From positions 1-64,000 of the IMG/VR virus record IMGVR_UViG_3300028483_000002: DNA of 64,000 nt. One strand, 5' to 3'. A program made the position numbers and the translations under genes. The notes beneath the pieces were generated by a model. The model did not search any database, was not told the origin of the DNA, and was given only the letters and a program-made list of their open reading frames with translations. Shown piece after piece: positions 58,916 to 64,000 of the stretch. The DNA comes from a virus (Duplodnaviria; Caudoviricetes). Each line of letters starts with the position of its first letter. The first letter of the stretch is position 1.

Positions 58916-59763
58916 GCATCTGGTTGAATAGATTCGTCTATTTCTGCATTGAATTTCTTCGCAAGATAAACAAGACCTTTTCCAGTAACCAATGTTACAG
59001 GTTTACTTCCAATCTCATCGTTAATATGTTTAACTACAACTTTGAAATGACCTGAGTTTATTTGGTCTTGCTTAGGAGAGTTATCTTGATTTAATACTTG
59101 TAAGGTTCTTAGATTCTGAAATAAAGTTTTGTTACCATAAGGGAGTTTTAATGCTTTTGCAGCCTGATTAACTGTATAACAGCCTTTGCCATCAGCAATG
59201 CGATTAAGAGCTGTTTCTGCTAATTCAGCTCTGACTGTTAATTCTTCAATTCTTTTATCTCGATATGCATCTAAAAGTTTTTGTTCTTCTTCTCTTTTCT
59301 TTAATAAAGCAAAAAACTCTAAATCATTGCCAATTTGAGAAACAACAGAGTTATCTTTTAAATTATTACGTTCTCTCAATTTTAATTTTATTAAGGTTGC
59401 TTGTTTTTCAGTTAATAAGTAACCACCTTGATTATTTTTTTTGACTTCGCCAAGTACTTGCCGGAGTTCGTTTATATTATTTTTAATTGTACTTTCTGCT
59501 ACTTTTAAGTCATTTGCTAATTCTTTTACAGTTACAACTACAGCAACTTCTGCTGCCTTTTTTATTTTTAATGCAGGTATTAGGTCGGTAGTAGTTTCTA
59601 ACCTACAAGGCTGCCTTGTAGGTTCTAGAGTTTCTGCAACTTGTTTCACTGTCATTGTTTTTTGATTTTGGTTAATTTCTAATTCGTTCATGTTCTGTTG
59701 AACAACCTCTTGTTTTTGTGATAAAATAACACTTGGTTTAGTCGATGATTTTATTGTAGTCAT
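58912..59763 (-). CDS. KilA-C-type antirepressor with tandem N-terminal HTH-like segments
   Basis: TMTVKQVA, VTVKELANDL; YTVNQAAKAL..GNKTLFQNLR..TLVTGKGLVYL. Confidence 0.85.
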   Translation of the reverse strand: MTTIKSSTKPSVILSQKQEVVQQNMNELEINQNQKTMTVKQVAETLEPTRQPCRLETTTDLIPALKIKKAAEVAVVVTVKELANDLKVAESTIKNNINELRQVLGEVKKNNQGGYLLTEKQATLIKLKLRERNNLKDNSVVSQIGNDLEFFALLKKREEEQKLLDAYRDKRIEELTVRAELAETALNRIADGKGCYTVNQAAKALKLPYGNKTLFQNLRTLQVLNQDNSPKQDQINSGHFKVVVKHINDEIGSKPVTLVTGKGLVYLAKKFNAEIDESIQPDA

Positions 59764-59779
59764 TAACTATCTCCTTTTT

Positions 59780-60006
59780 AAAATTAGAGAAGTTAAGGGT
59801 TTTTATCTCTAATTTTTAAGATAAAAAACGACCCTAAAAACTTTCCTACATTGCAACTGCAATGTTAACCCCAGGAAAGTTTTTAAGGTCGTAAGTTGTT
59901 TTACCAACTTAGAAATGGGGTTAAAATTTCTAAAGTGGCAAACTAACCTTATAATTAACGTTTGTAAACTACAATTTAATATAAAATACATCTGTTGCTT
60001 TGTCAA
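59780..60006 (-). promoter_or_regulatory. Kissing-loop leader K4
   Basis: TTGACA-17-TATATT; hairpin loop TAACCCC; long terminator with GGGGTTA bulge. Confidence 0.7.
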
Positions 60007-60061
60007 TAATATTTACATTTGTTAATTTTTATTAAAGTAATTTATGTATAAACCGATACAT

Positions 60062-60190
60062 AAAAAAAGGCACAAGCCTTATCTTCCCTTTAAGACTTGT
60101 GCCAAACGGAGTAAAACCTAATATAGGATGGCGATTACCCTCGGCAGAGCAATCAAATAATAGGGAAGCCTTATTTCATTGCTCTAGTTA
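60062..60190 (-). ncRNA. Small structured RNA K5 (paralog of K3)
   Basis: Promoter TTGACA-17-TATATA (60221-60193); hairpin AGAGCAAT/ATTGCTCT loop GGCTTCCCTA; terminator GGCACAAG/CTTGTGCC loop AAGGGAAGA; T7. Confidence 0.72.
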
Positions 60191-60260
60191 TATATATAAT
60201 ACACATTTGTTTAATTGTCAATAAACTTTTGTGTATTAATTATTAATATTTAAAATTATT

Positions 60261-60587
60261 ATGGAATTTTCTGCTGAATTAATTATTAATCGCATAAAAG
60301 ATTTATGTGAATTGAAAGAATTAGAAAAAATAAGTATTTCTCCCCAAGTAGTTTCAAATTGGAAATCAAGAAATACAGTGCCAAAAGCAGATGATTTATA
60401 CAGAATTGCAAAATATTTAAATGTAACAATGGAATGGCTGCTAACCGGAGAGAATCCAAATACAGAACTTCCAGAAGATATTCAAAAATCAGTTCAAAAA
60501 ATGCTAACTTTAACCGAAAAGCAACGTGAACCAATTAATGTGCTTATTGACGGACAAGTAAATTATTGGAAAAATATAGATAGATAG
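60261..60587 (+). CDS. XRE-family HTH regulator 3 (candidate CI-like repressor)
   Basis: ISPQVVSNWKSRNTVPKADDLYRIAKYLNVTMEWLLTG. Confidence 0.9.
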   Translation: MEFSAELIINRIKDLCELKELEKISISPQVVSNWKSRNTVPKADDLYRIAKYLNVTMEWLLTGENPNTELPEDIQKSVQKMLTLTEKQREPINVLIDGQVNYWKNIDR

Positions 60588-60597
60588 GAGATTTTTA

Positions 60598-61275
60598 TTG
60601 GATATTATTAATCAAAGAAAAAAAGACGTTTTACTGTTTGATACAGGAATTTTAACATTTGTTTTTATTGTTTTATACGCTTGGAAAAACTACATTGACG
60701 GTTTCAATCTAAGTAATATCCTATATATTGCTGTAAATGCAATATATTTCCCCCTAATATTCATCTGGAAAAGAAAATATTTTTGTTTATATCACGTTTT
60801 GTACGCCTACATTTTAGTTGCTACAATTATATTAAGAAAAACTTTATTGTATAATAATTTCACAGCATATTTTATTATTTTAGCAATTGCTATAATTCGG
60901 CCACGTTGGAAAATCAGTATTTTAATTGGGTATTTCACAATTGCGACTATAGCTTTTATTCATAACGACCAACACTTAGTTAATTATCTAATACACATTT
61001 CTAGAGCTGCATATTATTACGTTATCTTTAATTATTTTATTTTTACTCATTTTAGAACTAAGGCCATAAATAAAAACATAGAATTATTAGATTTGAAAGA
61101 AGAAGAAATTGAGATATTGACCCAAATGGCTGCTGGTAAAAAACAGAAAGAAATAGAAGGTTATTCAATTAACACTGTTACAAAAAAATTGCTCCAAGCA
61201 AGAACAAGAAATAACATTAACACTACACAAGAATTATTAATAAGATTCATTGGAGAAGTAATTAAAGAAGAATAA
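60598..61275 (+). CDS. Membrane protein with C-terminal LuxR-type HTH
   Basis: Several TM segments; LKEEEIEILTQMAAGKKQKEI..SINTVTKKL; TTG start after GGAG. Confidence 0.75.
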   Translation: MDIINQRKKDVLLFDTGILTFVFIVLYAWKNYIDGFNLSNILYIAVNAIYFPLIFIWKRKYFCLYHVLYAYILVATIILRKTLLYNNFTAYFIILAIAIIRPRWKISILIGYFTIATIAFIHNDQHLVNYLIHISRAAYYYVIFNYFIFTHFRTKAINKNIELLDLKEEEIEILTQMAAGKKQKEIEGYSINTVTKKLLQARTRNNINTTQELLIRFIGEVIKEE

Positions 61276-61378
61276 GAAAATTGTGAACAAATCACACAGT
61301 AATTCACATACTAATAAATAAAATACTGTTATATTTTTTCTTAATTTTTAATTATTATAATTTTAGGAGATTAAAAAA

Positions 61379-61516
61379 ATGAAAATTATTCAGTATTTCA
61401 AATTAATAATTCAGTTTGTGCAGTTGCCAATTGAATTTAAAAATTCGGTTTTTAATGTTATCAGCTCTTACAGCAAATTAAACAATCGTGAAAAGATAGA
61501 AGAATACGAAGATTAA
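61379..61516 (+). CDS. 45 aa hypothetical protein (not in ORF track)
   Basis: AGGAG RBS; MKIIQYFKL..EEYED. Confidence 0.4.
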   Translation: MKIIQYFKLIIQFVQLPIEFKNSVFNVISSYSKLNNREKIEEYED

Positions 61517-61578
61517 TTAAAAAGACCCTGTACGAAACAGACCTGCTCTACCAATAATCGCTTAGGAGAAAAATTAAG

Positions 61579-64000
61579 ATGAGTAAAAGTAAGTTCTTTG
61601 ATAAGATTAAACATGCAAAAGAAGAAAGAGAAGTTGAAAATGTTTATAATGAAGGGATTTCTCTGTATTTTTTAAAAGAAGATGATTGTGTTATAACTCA
61701 TCCTTATAAATGTGATGGTCTTGTTGACTGGGGCTTGTTTTTACGATTAATTATTGAATATAAATTCAATGAAGAACTTCATAATCCAACTTCAAGAGCC
61801 AAAGTTTTAATTCAAGTTATTTACTACTTAAAACAATTTGAATTAAATGGAGATAGACTTCCAAATGTAGTAATGGTCGGAGATAGAGATGAAGTCTTTG
61901 TTATGCACACAAATCCATTATTAAAGTATTTAGATGAAGAAACAAACTGGAATATTGCTCCAAGTAATGCTCATGATAAAAACCCTGCTTTATTATTAAA
62001 AATCTCAAAAGATACAGAAATAGATCCTTATGTTTATGACATAAATGAAACATTTTCTTTTAAAGAAGTTGCAGAAAAAATAGTTGAAATTGCGACAAAT
62101 ATTGTTAGAAAAGTTCGTGTTACAGAACATAATATTTCAAAAATATTTGATGATTTCTCAAAAAGAGTACTTAGAGATGTAAAAGACATATCTCCAAATG
62201 ATTTAGTAGGAGTTTTTATAAACTCCATAATTGATAGGGAAAATTGTTATCAGCATCCAAATAATCCTAATATATTGATTTGTTATAACAAACAATATCA
62301 AATAAATGGAACTTACTATCAAACATTTTTTAAGCATTTTGAAAAAGAATATTCTCCAAAAGATAAAAATAAATTTACCGAAGTATCTGACCGTTTAATT
62401 GAAGATGCGAAACGGCGAAAGAGTGGAGAGTTTTATACACCAACTCTTTTTACAGATTATGCACATAAAATGCTTTCCGAAGAATTAGGTGAGGATTGGA
62501 AAGAAAAATATGTTGTTTGGGATTGTTGTTGGGGAACTGGAAATCTAACACGAGATTATAGATTTAAAGAATTATATGCTAGTACTTTAGAGCAGGCTGA
62601 ATTGGATTGTGGTAATAGATATAATCCCGAAGCTACAAAATTTGTATTTGATTTTTTGAATGATGATATTACTTTTCTCGACCAAAAAACTGGAAAACTT
62701 CCTGAAGGTTTGTACAATGCTTTAGAATCAAAAAAGCCCATTGTTTTTTTGATAAATCCACCTTATGCAACTTCTTCTAGTAATATGGGACAGGGTGATA
62801 AACAAGGAAAAGGAAAAAATGCAACCTTATCTGTTGTTTATAATGAAATGGTAAAAACTGACCTAAAAGAAGCTTGTAAAAATTTATTTTCACAGTTTTT
62901 GTACAGAATTTATCAGATAAAAAAGAATTATGAATTAACAGATATTGTTATAGGATTATTTTGTAACCCTATATATTTAAGCGGCTCAACTTTTGAAAGT
63001 TTTAGAAAATTATTCTTTAAGGAATTTGAATATAAACAAGGGATTTTGTTTAATGCTTCAAATTTCTCTGATGTTTCTGATAGATGGGGTATTCATTTTA
63101 CTGTTTGGAAACATGGAGAAACAAAGAATAAATCAGATTTTTTACATAATCTGATTGAAGAAAATGATGCTGAATTACAAATTGTAGGAAAGAAAATTAT
63201 TTACAATTTGGATGGAATTCAATCTGCAAAAGATTGGATAAAAGAACCTATTGTTAATATAAAAACTTCAAAAGTAAAAAAGCCACCTTTATCTAATGCT
63301 ATCACGGTAAAACCAGGTAAAAGTTCAAATACATCAATATTTGAAAACGCATTGGGTTGTTATTTGAACGTAGGCAATGATGTTTATAACAGTGCTATAA
63401 AAGTTGCATTGTTTACAAGCTGTGATAGTAGTAATGCAAATGGAATATCTGTTACACCTGAAAATTATGATAGAATTATGACAATATTCTCTGCAAGAAA
63501 ACTTATTGAATCAACCTGGATAAATAACAAAGATAACTACTTACAACCAGATGAAAAACATAGCAAGTGGGAAGAATTTAAGACCGACAGTTATATTTAT
63601 AGCTTGTTTCATTCTGCTTCCAATCAATCTTCATTAAAAAATCTAGTATATGAAAATAAATCCTGGAATATAAAAAACGAGTTCTTCTTTATGTCTAAAC
63701 AAGATATTATGGTTTTAGCAGATAAACATAGTTATGATTTCACATATAATGATGCCAGAGTTTCAGAAGATAGATTTGTTTATAAGAAACTTCAAAATAT
63801 TACATTATCAACAGAAGCAAAAGCTGTTTTGGATAAAGCTAGAGAATTAACAATCAAAACTTTTGAATATCGAGAAATGTTTAATCAACAATATCCTGAA
63901 TATCAAATTATGAACTGGGATTGTGGATGGTATCAAATAAAAGGATTGTTGAAAGAATATTTCGCAGATGATTTAAACGAGTTTAATAATTTGTTTAAGC
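61579..64000 (+). CDS. Type IIG-like fused restriction endonuclease/N6-methyltransferase (runs off the right edge, >807 aa)
   Basis: My translation MSKSKFFDKI..: N-terminal CDG..IIEYK (PD-(D/E)XK-like), KSGEFYTP, VWDCCWGTGNL, FLINPPYA; open to base 64000. Confidence 0.82.
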   Translation, partial: MSKSKFFDKIKHAKEEREVENVYNEGISLYFLKEDDCVITHPYKCDGLVDWGLFLRLIIEYKFNEELHNPTSRAKVLIQVIYYLKQFELNGDRLPNVVMVGDRDEVFVMHTNPLLKYLDEETNWNIAPSNAHDKNPALLLKISKDTEIDPYVYDINETFSFKEVAEKIVEIATNIVRKVRVTEHNISKIFDDFSKRVLRDVKDISPNDLVGVFINSIIDRENCYQHPNNPNILICYNKQYQINGTYYQTFFKHFEKEYSPKDKNKFTEVSDRLIEDAKRRKSGEFYTPTLFTDYAHKMLSEELGEDWKEKYVVWDCCWGTGNLTRDYRFKELYASTLEQAELDCGNRYNPEATKFVFDFLNDDITFLDQKTGKLPEGLYNALESKKPIVFLINPPYATSSSNMGQGDKQGKGKNATLSVVYNEMVKTDLKEACKNLFSQFLYRIYQIKKNYELTDIVIGLFCNPIYLSGSTFESFRKLFFKEFEYKQGILFNASNFSDVSDRWGIHFTVWKHGETKNKSDFLHNLIEENDAELQIVGKKIIYNLDGIQSAKDWIKEPIVNIKTSKVKKPPLSNAITVKPGKSSNTSIFENALGCYLNVGNDVYNSAIKVALFTSCDSSNANGISVTPENYDRIMTIFSARKLIESTWINNKDNYLQPDEKHSKWEEFKTDSYIYSLFHSASNQSSLKNLVYENKSWNIKNEFFFMSKQDIMVLADKHSYDFTYNDARVSEDRFVYKKLQNITLSTEAKAVLDKARELTIKTFEYREMFNQQYPEYQIMNWDCGWYQIKGLLKEYFADDLNEFNNLFK

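Larger units (their letters stand above)
1..64000. mobile_element. Temperate myovirus-like phage/prophage segment (both ends lie outside the window)
   Basis: Complete contractile-tail and head modules, terminase, RecT/YqaJ, DnaC-like loader, XRE repressors and antirepressors; no host housekeeping genes seen. Confidence 0.95.

Noticed and set aside
1-64000. Stop-codon reassignment
   Set aside because: Long, tightly packed genes under the standard code; no fragmentation.
60598-64000. Prophage right boundary / att site
   Set aside because: No integrase, tRNA or flanking direct repeat seen; cannot place a boundary.

Overview
The whole window is one AT-rich temperate tailed-phage (prophage or phage contig) segment, coded almost entirely on the minus strand. 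The host is possibly a spirochaete (Treponema-like ssb and membrane-LuxR gene; tentative). Left to right: tail fibre (cut by the left edge), baseplate, tape measure, chaperone, tube, sheath, neck with an inserted class-3 lipase, major capsid protein and prohead protease of SPO1/Twort-like type (1-22 kb). Then a 16-kb insert between protease and portal with four large putative head-packaged polyvalent/MuF proteins, a ThyX-like/cytidylyltransferase fusion, Nmad1 and an N6-methyltransferase; portal; an array of small accessory genes; terminase, GroES, ssb, DnaC-like loader, initiator with iterons, HNH genes, RecT/YqaJ, three antirepressors and XRE repressors; and a type IIG-like R-M gene cut by the right edge. 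The most striking unexplained structure is non-coding. (1) Five sigma70-type promoters are each followed by a hairpin whose loop is complementary to a loop or bulge in a downstream intrinsic terminator, with five different complementary pairs; two are paralogous RNAs whose loops covary. (2) Six late-gene leaders share a TGTGY..GCAG motif in front of a terminator. (3) Three distinct operator families each have a site next to one of the three XRE genes. Domain calls are from recognised motifs, not database searches. No integrase, lysin, tRNA, rRNA or CRISPR array was seen.
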